Shown here: one piece after another, positions 37,640-51,200 of the stretch
Position numbering within the stretch: position 1 is the first letter of the stretch
Layout of the letters: every line of letters starts with the position of its first letter
DNA from: Octopus sinensis
Taxonomy: Eukaryota
Assembly: GCF_006345805.1 (NCBI RefSeq)
Contig: NC_043015.1
Span: 30,814,001 to 30,878,000, forward strand
Direction: 5' to 3'
DNA length: 64,000 nucleotides
The notes under the pieces: model-generated
What the model was told of the DNA's origin: nothing
What the model saw: only the letters and a program-made list of their open reading frames with translations
Databases searched by the model: none
Position numbers and translations under genes: made by a program

Positions 37640-40600
37640 GTAAGTGTTGGGGATGTTGAAGAAGAAGTAAGGAATGGTATTGAGAGAGAGAGAAAAAGAG
37701 TAAGAGAGCATGTCTGAGAGGGAGGGGAGGAGCAGAAAGAGATGCACAAATAGTTTGGTTGGTTGGACTTAAGCAGATATAGAGTTATAAAATGGTAGGC
37801 ATGTGTGTGTGTGTGTGTGTTATATATACTGGAATAAGAGTGTAGTTGAGAAGCTTTAGGATCTTGGGTTCAGTCCCACTAAATAGCACCCTGGTCTTCT
37901 ACTATAGCCTTAATATGTCTCCACAAAATTTTATTGAAAACTATGCATTTTTCAGAAAGTTATGAAGAAACAAATTTGAGCGGGTACCAGACGGTATGTA
38001 TATATATGTAGGTATGTATATACATTGTCTGCATGCATGTACACTTTAGTAGACATATGTGTATTAAACATATATTACATGAGGGAAACAGAGATGAGAG
38101 ATGAGGAAGCAGTGAGATTAGATTTGTTTGATGTCTGCTGCAATATGAAATAGGGTGATTCATTCATTTTGAAGAAGCAAGCATCATTACTGAGAGACAT
38201 AATCTCAGAAATGGCAGACAGTGTAACTGAGAGACTAGTTGACAGTCAGTTGTAGCTGACTTAGTTGAGAGCTGAGATGTTGACTGAGAGTTAACAGACA
38301 AGTATAACAGATGAGCTAAACAGACTGTGGGAGCCTTTAAGCTAAGTTACAGCTAAGCAGATAACATACATAACTAACAGTTGGACTCCTTTATGAGTCT
38401 ATATATAGAAGTACGCTTCCAATCACTGGATCATGATGATCACAAGATTAGTGTCCCTGTAATATGAGCAATTATATGCTAAAGATGTTTTTGTTCATTA
38501 CACCATTATAGTGGTCCACATTATTCCCACCCACCTCCCAAAAATAAAAAACAATTCCCTTTTCCTTGGTATTAGAATGGTCTAGCTTGTTTTATACTCT
38601 GAGGTACATTCTAGGCTAAGTTAGTTTGTTACCCCTGGATGTAAAACAAGCCATCCCAGAATATACCTCTCTAGTTCAGATTATATGCTTTTGTGTTTTT
38701 TTTTTCAAAAGCTTCTATTTCAAAATCCAGAGATGGTTGCTTTTTTACAATCATAATTTAAATATTTGAACTTGACCAGACTATATTTCTCCTATCAAGA
38801 TCATAACTCCTTGTGTTTTTCGTAAATAAGGTAACTTGAAAGTATAATAGACTAGATTTAATATTAAGTTATAGATAAAATATAATTACAAATTTAGAAA
38901 TTTAGGAAATAGCAATCACAAAGTCAGCAATTACCAACCCGGCTGAAACTGGCTCTGGCTCTGAGTACAAATGTCTTCTTTTCATAAGTTTTGAATTAAA
39001 ATCTTCCACCAAACCTTAGTCACAATTTATGTTTCTAACACTAGCTGAATGATAACTGAGTTATTTTACTAAATTCTTTGTTATATTTAAAATAATTGAA
39101 AGAAACACAGAGCATCTCAAAATAAATACAGTAACGAAAGGGTTAGCAAATGAAAAGAAAGGAAATAATAGAATTATAACAGACTTCACAAAAGCAAATT
39201 TTATTGGTGTGAGAGATAGATTTGTACAAAGAAGAATACAGAAATTTGTTCTGATTTTTGATAAACAAAATTTTATTCTTTGCATACAAAAAACAAATAC
39301 AGTCATTACTATGAATAACAAAATGTTATTGATTTTGGTATAATTGTAATAGTAGTCAAAAAGTCAGCTGCTGGCTGTTGTGTTGCTGTCACTTACTGTT
39401 CATTGGTGGTTGTTGTCAGTTCTGGCCACCAGCTGTCTGTGTCTGTTCATTGTCCAAATGCCATCCCATCTCTGTTGTGTCTCAATGCTCTCTCAAAGTT
39501 CTCTGTCAAGTAGTGAATGTGTGCTGAATTTATATTGATGGTTAGGCTCAGAAAGAAGTGTGCCAAAAGATGAAATCATTGCTGGGAGCTTCTTCCATGC
39601 TAAGTCATGATTGGTCAGATTTTGTTGATCATGTGGGTATCATTCTAGTCAATCACAACATTGGATGATTGATGAATATCCCTGCTACAGATTTAGGGGT
39701 GAGGTGTAGGGTGATATTATGGTATCATCCCAGCAGGGCCTGAACAAGTGAATTCAGTTCCATAGAGAATTAGGGTTATTTTAGAATCACTAGGAAAGAA
39801 ATATGTTAGACTGTGAGCCTTCCAGTTATATAGATTTAGATAATGAATGCAAAATTTTTCAGAAATCCTTCAAATTATTCCAAATGATTCACACTCAAAG
39901 AAGATAATTCAAACCTGAAAAAATAATAATCCAAAATAGATGAAAAGTAGAATCAAACATATTAAAAGTATTAAGAAAAGTATTTATGGGAGATTAAAAA
40001 GATGGGAGAAGGATTTGAGGTAGCAATAATAATTGAGTTTAAGTACAGATTAAAAAAATTAAATAGCAAATCTCAAAATAAATTACAAATTAAAAATTGC
40101 AGAGAAATCAAAATTAAAAATGAAAATCACTGAATATTTAAGTATTTGACTTTGTTTAATTCAAAGTTTGCTATGCTATGAATTTATATAATGGATTTTA
40201 TAAATTTCCCTAACATAGTAATAAATACTGCATTCAATAAGGACAAGCATAGTAATGAATTGGGAGGTGGGTGAACTGAGCCGTGATGGCCTTCTCCCAA
40301 CTCCACTTCCCAACTGGCAGAAACACACTTTAGCCAAACCACTAAGTTACAGGGATGAAAACACATCGACACCAGTTGCCAAGCAGTGGTGGGTGACACT
40401 TTTAAGGATTTCTGAATACAGACACAAAGACACACACACACATAGACGTATACATACATATACACACACACATACAACAGGCTTCTTTCAGTTTCTGTCT
40501 ACCACATCCACTCACAGAGCTTTGGTCATCCCAAGACACTTGACCTTTAAATTTTGGGAAAAAATGTGGATTATACTCAAGGATTTACGGTATCAAATTG

Positions 40601-41578
40601 AAATAGTGGGGATGATATAATTGACTAAAAATGTTTTCAAGCAATACCTATCATGGCCACCGGTCAGCAAATGGAACCAGTGCAAGAGTATGTGTGTGTG
40701 TGTGTGTATTTCTGTCTTGCAATTTCATGCAAATTAGTCAACCTGAGGCTATGGTAAAATGTATTTACACAAGATACCTCAGAGTGAGTGAACCACTCTG
40801 GGTTCCCATGGTTGTGAAGCAACTTTTAACCGATACAGCTATGTATATGACACCCATTGTAGGAATGTTAATATCCAGAAATGTCAACAAAATCTTCTGG
40901 AATTTTTTAATATTTCCTTGTACATACATTTCATCAGCAACCTCATGCTGATATAATTTCCTGTATTGACATTACACGACATTAGTGACATGGTGGTGAT
41001 GCTTGTGATTGTGGTAGGATGTTTGAATTAGAATTTATATATTTCTGCTAATTAACATGATCCAAAAATGGAGTTTCTGTGTGGTGGTCACTCAGCCTGC
41101 TAAAAATAGTCAAATCTCACTCAAATTTACATTCTCCCTTTTTTAAATAAAGAAGGATACATTTGAAATATGTAGTTCTAGGTACAAGAAGGCATTGCAT
41201 CTTTTATTGAGACATAGTGTATTTAGGACTAGATTATCTAATCTTTTTCCAAGATGGTAGGGTATGATTTAAAGGAAATTTGGCTGCAGTTTCTAACAGA
41301 TTAGTACTACATAGAAACTCACTGTGATTTTTGAAGTGTAATTGATTTTGTTGCTTAGATCTAAGTCAGCCCCAACTGAGTCGACTCACAATCAAATGCA
41401 TTCCTTTCATGTTTATCTTGTTTTGTTTTTAAAAACATTTTAAAATCTAATAACATAAAATATGTTACTTTATTTTATTTCATTCCCCATATGACTCTTC
41501 ATGCCTCTATTTAAAAAAACTAAGGAACAATTCTTTCATTTCTTCTGTGCACTACCAAAAATATTTTTTTCCTATATA

Positions 41579-42858
41579 TCAGGTCATCCCATAAGTTCTG
41601 TCCGAATTTTGAATAAAGAAAACAAGTGATCAAATGTTATATTTAATTGAAATTTAATCATCAATCTACTTTCCCTGATTATCTATGATTTCCTTCCGTC
41701 TATTTACAAGCTTTTTCATCCCATCAATGTAAAACTCTTTTGGTTTCAAAGCGAAGAACTCTGAAATATCAATTTCGACATCCCCCTGGCTTGCGAAAGT
41801 TATGTCCCCCAAATGATTCTGTAGACTACAAAACTAATGGCAGTCTGAAGGAACAAGGTTGGGAGAATAAGGTGGATGAGGAATTTTTTCACAACCAAGC
41901 ACTTCGATCTTCTGTGATGTGATCTTTGTAGTGTGGGGTTGCGCATTGTCCTGATGAAACATCACTCCCTTTCAATTCACTAAAGCGGGTCTTTTTTTCA
42001 TCAAAGCTTGGTTCAAACACTCTAAATACTGACAGTAGACTTGAGCATTGATTGTTGCATTAACAACTCAAAGTGAATTACTCTTTTGCAACCCCACCAA
42101 ATAGAGAGAAGAACCTTTTCCCCATGAAGTTCCCTTCTCGGTTGTGGTTGAGTTTTTCCCTTTTACCAAGCCACTGTTTACGACGCTAAACATTTCGATA
42201 GAAGATCCATTTTTCGCCACCAGTCACAAGTCTATCTGAAAAGAGGGAAACAAGTTCACGAGAATGGAGAGAAGAGCAGATATCAACTTGGGATTTGTAG
42301 TTGCTTTTGGACAATTCACGAGGCACCCATTTTCCAAGTTTAGGAACCTTTCCAGGTTGAAGATAACGATGAACAGTTGTATGGTTTGAACTAAGCTTTA
42401 TTGCCATTTCTTCAACTGATAATGCAGGATTTTCTTCAAGTAATGCCTCAAGGAGCTTATCATCAAACTCAACTGGATGTCCTGTTCGATCTTCATCTTC
42501 AAGGCTGAAATCTCCACTTCTGAATTTTGCAAACCATCTTCTGCAAGTTCTTTCATTCAAGCATTCTTTCCCATAAACTGAATGGTTGTTTCAATTCGCT
42601 TCGGCTGCAGAGCTTTCTTTTTTGTACTCATAAAGCATTATGTGCCTTAAATGCTCTTTGGATACTTCTGTGTTAGAAAGTGATTTAATCAAAGAAATTT
42701 TAATTCTATTATTCTGTAAAATAATATTTAATTAGTTTAAATGTACACAAATGCATAAAAATAATTTACAATTCCATTAGACATTCTAAAATACTATTAA
42801 ATAAATTTCATTCAATTTTAATAAAGGTAAAATCGGACAGAACTTATGGGATGACCTG

Positions 42859-42859
<1 letters not shown>
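41579..42859 (-). mobile_element. Full-length (1281 bp) mariner DD34D element, transposase pseudogenised
   Basis: TIR TCAGGTCATCCCATAAGTTCTGTCCGA at both ends with TA TSD. Motifs WVPREL, DRLVTGGEKW, HQDNAQPH and YSPNLVPSD, with 34 aa D-D spacing. Frameshifts and stops present. Confidence 0.97.
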
Positions 42860-42893
<34 letters not shown>

Positions 42894-43020
42894 TGTGTGA
42901 ACAGTTAATGTTATTCACAAATGTAAAAGTCAAAGACAAAATAGTATAATAATAACAATATTATTAATAATAATAATAATTCTGCCATATCAATAACGGA
43001 GATACTAAACATAACTTTAA

Positions 43021-43240
43021 CCCTTTAGTGTTTAAACCGGCCATATCTGGCCAAAATATTCTACCTGTTTTATGTTCAAACTAGTCAGATATGGTCATTC
43101 ATAGCTACCTTATTGTGTCATTTTAAAAATAAACAATCACATCATTGAAATCTCAAAGTCATGAAATGATGCAAGATTAATTTTACATGGTGTGAATACA
43201 TAAGCTTTACATTTTACAGAATAATCTGAATGCTAAAGGG
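43021..43240. mobile_element. piggyBac-like MITE family D
   Basis: TTAA|CCCTTTAG ... CTAAAGGG|TTAA. Confidence 0.9.
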
Positions 43241-43890
43241 TTAAATCAATAATTTAAATAAAATAAATATGCAATAAAAACATAGAAAATTATAATGTGA
43301 AGGGGTTCAAATTATTATATATGTGCTTTCATTCAAAGTTATTGTTTGGATTCGTGATGCAGTGTCTCAATGTGTAAGTGTAAAGTGGCAGTGGTAAGAT
43401 TAGTACAGTTGGAAGGTGTTCGTTTATGTAGGACTTTACCAAAGATATTAGTCATAGCGTGATAAATGTTAGTGTAAACGATGCAAAGGTTCAGTGAACC
43501 TGAATAATGAGGGATGTAGTCATGTGATGTGTCATTCTGGTAAATCAGAATTCATATGCTTGTAAGTTAGAAGGCATTGTGAAAGGACCAGGGCAACAAA
43601 GAAGCGGGTGTGTACTATGAAAATATGATTGGAAATTACTTATCATACCAATTTAGTGGAGTACAAACCTCATTTCTGATGTTAGAAGTTATAAGGACAG
43701 AGAAGAAAAGAAACAAATATATAGTAAATAGTAATTTTATCGAGAGATCTGGGAAAGACTTTGAAGGAAATGGGAAGGAGGTTGTATCAGAATTATAAAT
43801 TACTATATGAATGTAAATTACTTCCCTCTTCATGTAATGGTATCTTTCCATAATAATTTTTAACTTTAGCTCTTTTTGGGACAGCTAAAT

Positions 43891-44052
43891 GGCTGTGAGG
43901 TTAGGAGTAGCTTGATATGAAAGTCTAATAGTTTTTTTTTTGTTAAATATTCTATGATACTTATGATGAGGAGAGAAATTTCTTTTCAATAATTCAAGAT
44001 AAAATTTCAAAATAGAAGTTTTTATATTATTGGCAAAGAGAGCATTATACCA
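43891..44052 (-). mobile_element. Penelope-like element remnant (RT C-terminal region)
   Basis: WYNALFANNIKTSILKFYLELLKRNFSPHHKYHRIFNKK / TIRLSYQATPNL resembles the PLE WFNPP..N..T.IGK.FL.L..KHFP..H.L.KIFN.NT.K.SYS..PN motif (from memory). The remnant probably extends further on both sides. Confidence 0.75.
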
Positions 44053-44909
44053 GGAAATTTCACACTTCCTACATTTTCCCTACTACTAAGTATTGTATAT
44101 TTCCCAGAGTAATATTACCTAGTGGTAATATCAAACTTCTCTAGCAATCAAATCGTTTCCATGCTTATTATTTTCTTGTATACTATCCTGATTATAAGTG
44201 CTATTATTCCCTGTGACCTGGCACTGATCACTGTTCTAGAGTTGACCGAAATATTGTAAGTTGTTCAATCAGAATTATTTGAATTAGACATCTTACAATC
44301 TGTCTTCATCATCATCATCATCATCATCATTTAGTGTCCGCTTTCCATGCTAGCATGGGTTGGACGGTTCAACTGGGGTCTGCATCAGGCCCAGTCTGAT
44401 CTGGCAGTGTTTCTACGGCTGGATGCCCTTCCTAACGCCAACCATTCCGTGAGTGTAGTGGGTGCTTTTTACGTGCCACCTGCACAGGTGCCAGATGGAG
44501 CTGGCAAACGGCCACGGATGGATGGATGGTGCTTTTTATGTGCCACCGGCACGGGGCCAGGCGAGGCTGGCAACGGCCACGAACGGATGGTGCTTTTTAC
44601 GTGCCACCGGCACGAGGCCAGGCTCATCCTTAGTAATTCCAGAATACCCAGTATTATCAAATCTGAGTACTAGTTTAGGTTCAGCATTCTCAATAGGAAA
44701 GCATGACATTGTAGCTACTACATTTAACCATTTCATTACCAACCTGACTGGAACCGGCTCTGGCTCCATCAAATGTCTTGTTTTCATAAGTTTTGAATGA
44801 AATCTTTCTCCTAACACTAGCTGAATGATAACTAAGTTATTTTACTAAATTCTTTGTTATATTTAAAATTAATTGAAAGAAACACAAAGCATCTCAAAAT
44901 AAATACAGT

Positions 44910-45038
44910 AACCAACCACATGGTTCCGGGTTCAGTCCCACTGCGTGGCATCTTGGGCAAGTGTCTTCTGCTATAGCCCCGGGCCGACCAATGCCTTGTG
45001 AGTGGATTTGGTAGACGGAAACTGAAAGAAGCCTGTCG

Positions 45039-45109
<71 letters not shown>

Positions 45110-45330
45110 TGTGTTGTGTATATGTTTGTGTGTCTGTGTTTGTCCCCCTAGCATTGCTTGACAACCGATGCTGGTGTGTTTACGTCCCCGTCACTTAGCG
45201 GTTCGGCAAAAGAGACCGATAGAATAAGTACTGGGCTTACAAAGAATAAGTCCCGGGGGTCGATTTGCTCGACTAAGGGCGGTGCTCCAGCATGGGCGCA
45301 GTCAAATGACTGAAACAAGTAAAAGAGAGT
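44910..45330 (+). mobile_element. SINE family 1, head truncated, abutting a family C MITE
   Basis: Near identity to the family consensus. Confidence 0.9.
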
Positions 45331-45659
45331 AACAAAGAGCTTCATTATAATACTCAGCATTATTTCCAAATATATATATATTAAGCCACTAAACTGGCCT
45401 AAATAAGCTGCAGTGTTCAAGTTCTTATTACCATTACCCTGCATTGAATGATGAATGCATACACAAACACACAAGACACACGTTTATGGTAGATGCATGC
45501 AAGACTGTCGTATGATTAAGAATATCTCTTCACAGTCATGTGATTCTGAGGTTGTTCATACAACACAGTACTTCAGACAATTGTTTTCTTCTGTAGTTTC
45601 AAGTTGACCAATATCATATGAGTGGAACTCAGAGGGACAGAGTCTGCATATAAGCTCAT

Positions 45660-45682
45660 CATGTGTGTGTGTATATAGGTAT

Positions 45683-45717
<35 letters not shown>

Positions 45718-45769
45718 CACATATATATATATATATATACACACACATATATACCTATATACATATATA

Positions 45770-45830
<61 letters not shown>

Positions 45831-45902
45831 GGTATATATATATGTGTGTGTGTATATATATGTATATATATATATGTGTATATATATATGTATATATATA
45901 TA

Positions 45903-45935
<33 letters not shown>

Positions 45936-45979
45936 GTGTATATATATATATGTATATATATATATATTATATATATGTA

Positions 45980-46022
<43 letters not shown>

Positions 46023-46126
46023 ATATATATATATGTATCTATATATATATATATATATATATGGTGCCCCAGCATGGCCACAGCTCATAAGCTGAAACTA
46101 GAATCAATCAATCAATCAATCATATG

Positions 46127-46157
<31 letters not shown>

Positions 46158-46230
46158 GAATATATATCTATATATATATATATGTACACATGCATACATT
46201 TGCATATGTATATATATGTATGTGTGTGTT
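45660..46230. repeat. Long compound (TA)/(TG) microsatellite
   Basis: Directly visible. A similar array lies at 48000-48640. Confidence 0.95.
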
Positions 46231-46716
46231 CATTATTTATTAATATTAATGCATCCTGGCATGCTGCTAACTGCAACGAATGATTTGTGAGACGAATTCA
46301 GCTGAACGAAACCGCAGCAGTTTGTCACGAATCATTAATATTAATAAATGAATATTTATTCTTGGTATTTTATTACACTTTGAGTCCTCATAGTTGCTAC
46401 TTGTTTTGTTATTAACCCTTCGGTTATGTACACATGTATACATGTTTATGTATGTGTATACATGTACCTGGCAGTCTCTCAGTTTATGCTTGCACGAGTC
46501 TAAAAGAACAATGTGGTCTATGATGAGTGTCTGAATGTCACGAAAACTTAACAGTTGAATGAATAGGAACTACTAAAATAAATAACAGCTTGAAAAAGTT
46601 ACCATGACTAAAACCTTGAAGGCGTTGCCCCAGCATGGTCACTTCCTTTTATATCCTTCTATTGGATACGTAATATAACGAAGCAGGGAGGAAAGAAAGT
46701 ATTTACACAACACACT

Positions 46717-47103
46717 GGAAGCACTCCGTCGGTTACGACGACGAGGGTTCCGGTTGATCCGAATCAACGGAACAGCCTGCTCGTGAAATTAACGTGTAAG
46801 TGGCTGAGCACTCCACAGACACGTGCACCCTTAACGTAGTTCTCGGGGATATTCAGCGTGACACAGAGAGTGACAAGGCCGGCCCCTTGAAATACAGGTA
46901 CAACAGAAACAGGAAGTAAGAGTGAGAGAAAGTTGTGGTGAAAGAGTACAGCAGGGATCACCACCATCCCCTGCCGGAGCCTCGTGGAGCTTTTTTAGGT
47001 GTTTTCGCTCAATAAACACTCAAAACGCCTGGTCTGGGAATCGAAACCGCGATCCTATGACCGCGAGTCCGCTGCCCTAACCACTGGGCCATTGCGCCTC
47101 CAC
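46717..47103 (-). mobile_element. tRNA-headed SINE family 3, full length
   Basis: Reverse complement of 52404-52786. TSD TACACAACACACT at 46704-46716 and 47104-47116. Confidence 0.92.
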
Positions 47104-48261
47104 TACACAACACACTACTATTACTATTACAAGAGACTCAAAGCTCTCAACCACGGCTCACAGTGAACTGCCAATTGCTCACAGTTCGTTCACCTTTTGG
47201 TCCCTTGAGGGGTGGTTGAAATCCTTCCACAAAACTTCCCAAAGACTGAAACCAGTTGAAATAAAATGAAAGACTATTTGTCCAATCTATGTGTGTATAT
47301 ATACACAAATACATAGATACACACACACATATGGCACCACCTATGTAGCCCCATATATAAGCACCCTGCACACTCTATAAGGTGGTTGGCATTAGGAAAG
47401 GTATCCAGCTGTAGAAACTGCATGAAATCAGACTGGAGTCTGGTGTAGATCCCCAGCTTGCCAACTCTGGTCAAAACTCTGTTTGGTTTCATTTTCAGAA
47501 ATTTAATGAATGTCAGGGAAATCACTTTGAACAATTATTGTAACCATTTTTTTTTGTGACCTAATAATTTTGTGATAATGAATGTTATGTAAATAAAATA
47601 AAAGAATATCTTATCTCTGATATAATCAAATTTCTCTCCTGATTAGGGTGGTGCATGACTTTTGTACTACCCTGTATACGAGGGGCTTTTTTCAGTTCAT
47701 ATACACGCACCCATTTTGGCTTGATGTGATCACAGCCGGTTCTTAACCTTCACTCAAGTTGTGTAGTTTAAAAACAGTAGTCAGCAGTCACATTGTTGAT
47801 TGCTTGTCACCGTATTTTTCTAAATTGACCTCTGTAAATGACGAAATTGATGAGGAAGTTAAAGCCTTGCTAAATTATCTGCTTTATCGAGGTGACACTG
47901 ATAATTTAAAGCTGTTGCACACGTCTTTATACAGTGACTCACTGATAGACACACACACACACACACACACTCACACATACATATGTATATATTATTGCAC
48001 ATACATAAATGCATATGCACATTATATATATATGTATTTGTATGTATAAATATGTACATTATATATATATATATAAATCATATATATATAATATATATAT
48101 ATATATATTATATATATATTATATATATATATAATATATCATCATCATCATCATCATGTGACCGACCAGACCATCAGATGTTGCTACACATCGCTGGTCA
48201 CAATGCATTCGCATCGTTTTAGCCTTCAAATGACGCCACCCCGCTGGCTAAGTGAGCAGGC

Positions 48262-48438
48262 CAACAGAAGAAAGAGTGGTGAAAGAGTACAGCAGGGATC
48301 ACCACCCCCTGTCGGAGCCTCGTGGAGCTTTTAGGTGTTTTCGCTCAATAGACACACACAACGCCCGGTCTGGGAATCGAAACCGCGATCTTACGACCGC
48401 GAGTCTGCTGCCCTAACCACTGGGCCATTGCGTCTCCA
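48262..48438 (-). mobile_element. SINE family 3, 5' half
   Basis: Head and middle domain only. Confidence 0.85.
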
Positions 48439-48453
48439 CATATAATATATATC

Positions 48454-48484
<31 letters not shown>

Positions 48485-48502
48485 GTGTATATATGTGTAT
48501 AT

Positions 48503-48564
<62 letters not shown>

Positions 48565-49261
48565 CATACATATATACATCAGTGTATATACATATGTATG
48601 TGTATGTGTGTGTGTATATATTTATACACACACACACACATCCAAATCCTATTACAAAACAACAAATATAATGAAACATTATAAAGTTATTTAAATGCAA
48701 GCAATTCAAAGCTTTAGCGATCATCTGCCATGTTACGTCATTCAGATAACACCAATGACAAGAACAATAGCTTTCATTTTCAGTGGACTTTTCTTTCTCT
48801 AATCATGCCTCATCTTAATTACTTATTAACGCACTAATCTGATATGAGGTATTACATTCAGATTAACTAGCTAATACATTCGTAGATTTGTTTTGTGTCA
48901 CCAAATGTTGATTAAATGAATTAAAAAAAGCAAATGGTGTCATATTTGGAGTCACAACAACCTTTGTCTGCTCTTCATCAACTGCTCCATGATTGTGAAA
49001 CATTTGAAACACTTTGAACCAATTTTATTGTCTTTCTTTTCAAGGTTAAATCTGTTCAGCTGTTCTAGATGTCATTCATTATGGAATTTATGAATCCAAA
49101 TCCATTTAATGCTTCTTGTCTGTTAGAAGAATTAAAAATGAAATTCTCTTACTCCAATTTTCATAAGAAGTTTCACTTTATATTTCCTATGAATCATCAA
49201 TCACTCAAATTTTTTTTTTTTTTTCAAATAAATTACCCTCGTGCTAATTAGCAAAACTATA

Positions 49262-49452
49262 TCTATTTCTTTACTACCCACAAGGAGCTAAACACAGAGA
49301 GGACAAACAAGGACATACAAACGGATTAAGTCGATTACATCGACTCCAGTGCATAACTAGTACTTATTTAACTGACCCCGAAAAGATGAAAGGCTAAGTC
49401 GACCTCGGCGGAATTTGAACTCAGAACGTAGCAGCAGACGAAATACCGCAAA
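49262..49452 (-). mobile_element. SINE family 2, 5'-truncated
   Basis: Matches the family consensus. Confidence 0.85.
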
Positions 49453-50199
49453 GCTATATCGAGTCTGATACATGGTCCATATGCACTACAACCTTCTACT
49501 TTAATCATAATATTAGATCTATGAAAAAAAAATAAGGTCTCAGCTTTTACCAGAGTAGCTTCTTGACCACTTCATTTAATTTCCTCTCTAATGTCACATA
49601 TTCTTCCCAGTGGCAATGTGGCTAATTTTGATCTACTGCATTAATCCTTTCAAAACCATCATATCTAATATTATGTGTAATCCTTTTAAAGTTCTTATTT
49701 GTACTGCTTTTTTTAGTTCCACTTTATGGCTTCTTTCCAGACATCTTAAATCGTTAGTAAATCTAACAGCTGTGGTGATCAATAATTATCCGCAACAAGT
49801 GTGTAGTGAAAAAATAGTATCATGAAATAACTGTTTTGTGAGAGCACAAGCTTGTTGTCTCATTCATGTGGATGTAAGGAGGAAAATGAAAAGACGAAAG
49901 GGTGAAGGAATGAGGTGGGAGGAACTACTGTATTAAAGTTAGTTGAATGGTTACCAGTTTTATGGACATTTTGCCTCTTGAATTTATAATTTGAATCATA
50001 AGTACTCCACATATACACACACATGCACATACTCAGCTCACATACATTCATGCACATACACACAAAGACAGCACTGTGTTGGTATACAACATATGTAGCT
50101 ACAGACATTGCTATCATGCTGATACTATTATAGTTTTTTGTAAGTTGGTAGTAGTAGTAGTGTTGGTTGTATTTGTTTTGGTATTAGTAATTGTTGGGG

Positions 50200-50600
50200 T
50201 GTTGTTGGTGGAAATCTGATGGAAGTTTTTGAAGCCAATGAAGAGACATTTTTTCAATCTGATGATAGGGAATGTAACATGATCCATAAACAAAGGGTCA
50301 GCCCTTGGACTGAGCCTAAGAAGTTCAAGAGCCAATGACTGGTACAGAAAACCATGATCACTGTTTTATGGGATGACAAGGGCCCATCTGTCCAACCTCC
50401 ACCTGTTCAGTCCAATGAAGTACAGTCTTCAGATACTAAAACTTGATGACACAGATGAGACAATACAGATGGCTATGAAGAGGTGGATACAACAGTACAC
50501 ATCTGAATTTTTTTTCAAAAGAGTTCCAGAGCTGGGTTCATCATCTGTAGTGGAGACTGCATTCAGTAGTAGCTTGTATAAAGTAAAAGTTATTCTACTC
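50200..50600 (+). mobile_element. Old mariner remnant with internal deletion
   Basis: KFKSQ..QKTMITVLWDDKG is joined directly to LHLFSPMK...DETIQMAMKRWIQQ..SEFFFK. Confidence 0.7.
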
Positions 50601-50939
50601 AAATAGATAATTTGAACATTCTTTGTCAGTTAATAAAAAAAAGTTATGCCCATTTTAGCATTAGTTTTAGGACGACTCTCATTTATATGTGAGCATGTAT
50701 ATATGTATGTGTATGTATATATCTGTATACATAAGTAAGTATGCATGTATATACATAGGACGAGGTTCTATGCATCCTCCATCCACCAAATTTCACTCAG
50801 AAGGCATTGTTCAACCTGAGACCATAGTAGAGAATACTTATCCAAAGTATCAGGCAATGGGATTGAATCCAGAACTAAGTTGTTAACGTGCAAACTTTTT
50901 TAAGAGCATATCTATGCTTGGATACATATATCTAGGAGT

Positions 50940-51200
50940 TACTTTATCCATTGTGTCCTTTTTCTAAGGATGGCAGAGTTTAAATTGAGAGAGATTTGTC
51001 TGCAGTTTCTGCAGCTTTGGATAGAGTCCTTTTTTTTGGGGGGGGGGGGTCTGTAAAATCCTGGCTGAAGTTTTGTCAACAAGTATGTGACATTTGATGC
51101 AAAGGCTTCTTCGTCCAGGCCAAAATGACTCATCTGTTTTTACTTCTCGCATCACCCATATTGTTTCTCTTCTTCCTAGGCCTGTACTAATTCCCAATGC
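50940..51200 (-). mobile_element. RTE-type LINE fragment (RT start)
   Basis: PKKKDSIQSCRNCRQISL resembles the PKKGD...C.NYRGISL motif. Confidence 0.6.

Noticed and set aside
38200-38420. LTR-like segment with TATATATAG
   Set aside because: No TG...CA ends, PBS, PPT, TSD or second copy could be identified.
47670-47940. ORF EIDEEVKALLNYLLYRGD as a host exon
   Set aside because: It follows TA-CGAGGGG, a mariner-like terminus, and resembles a mariner N-terminus. More likely a transposon relic, but too weak to list as a feature.
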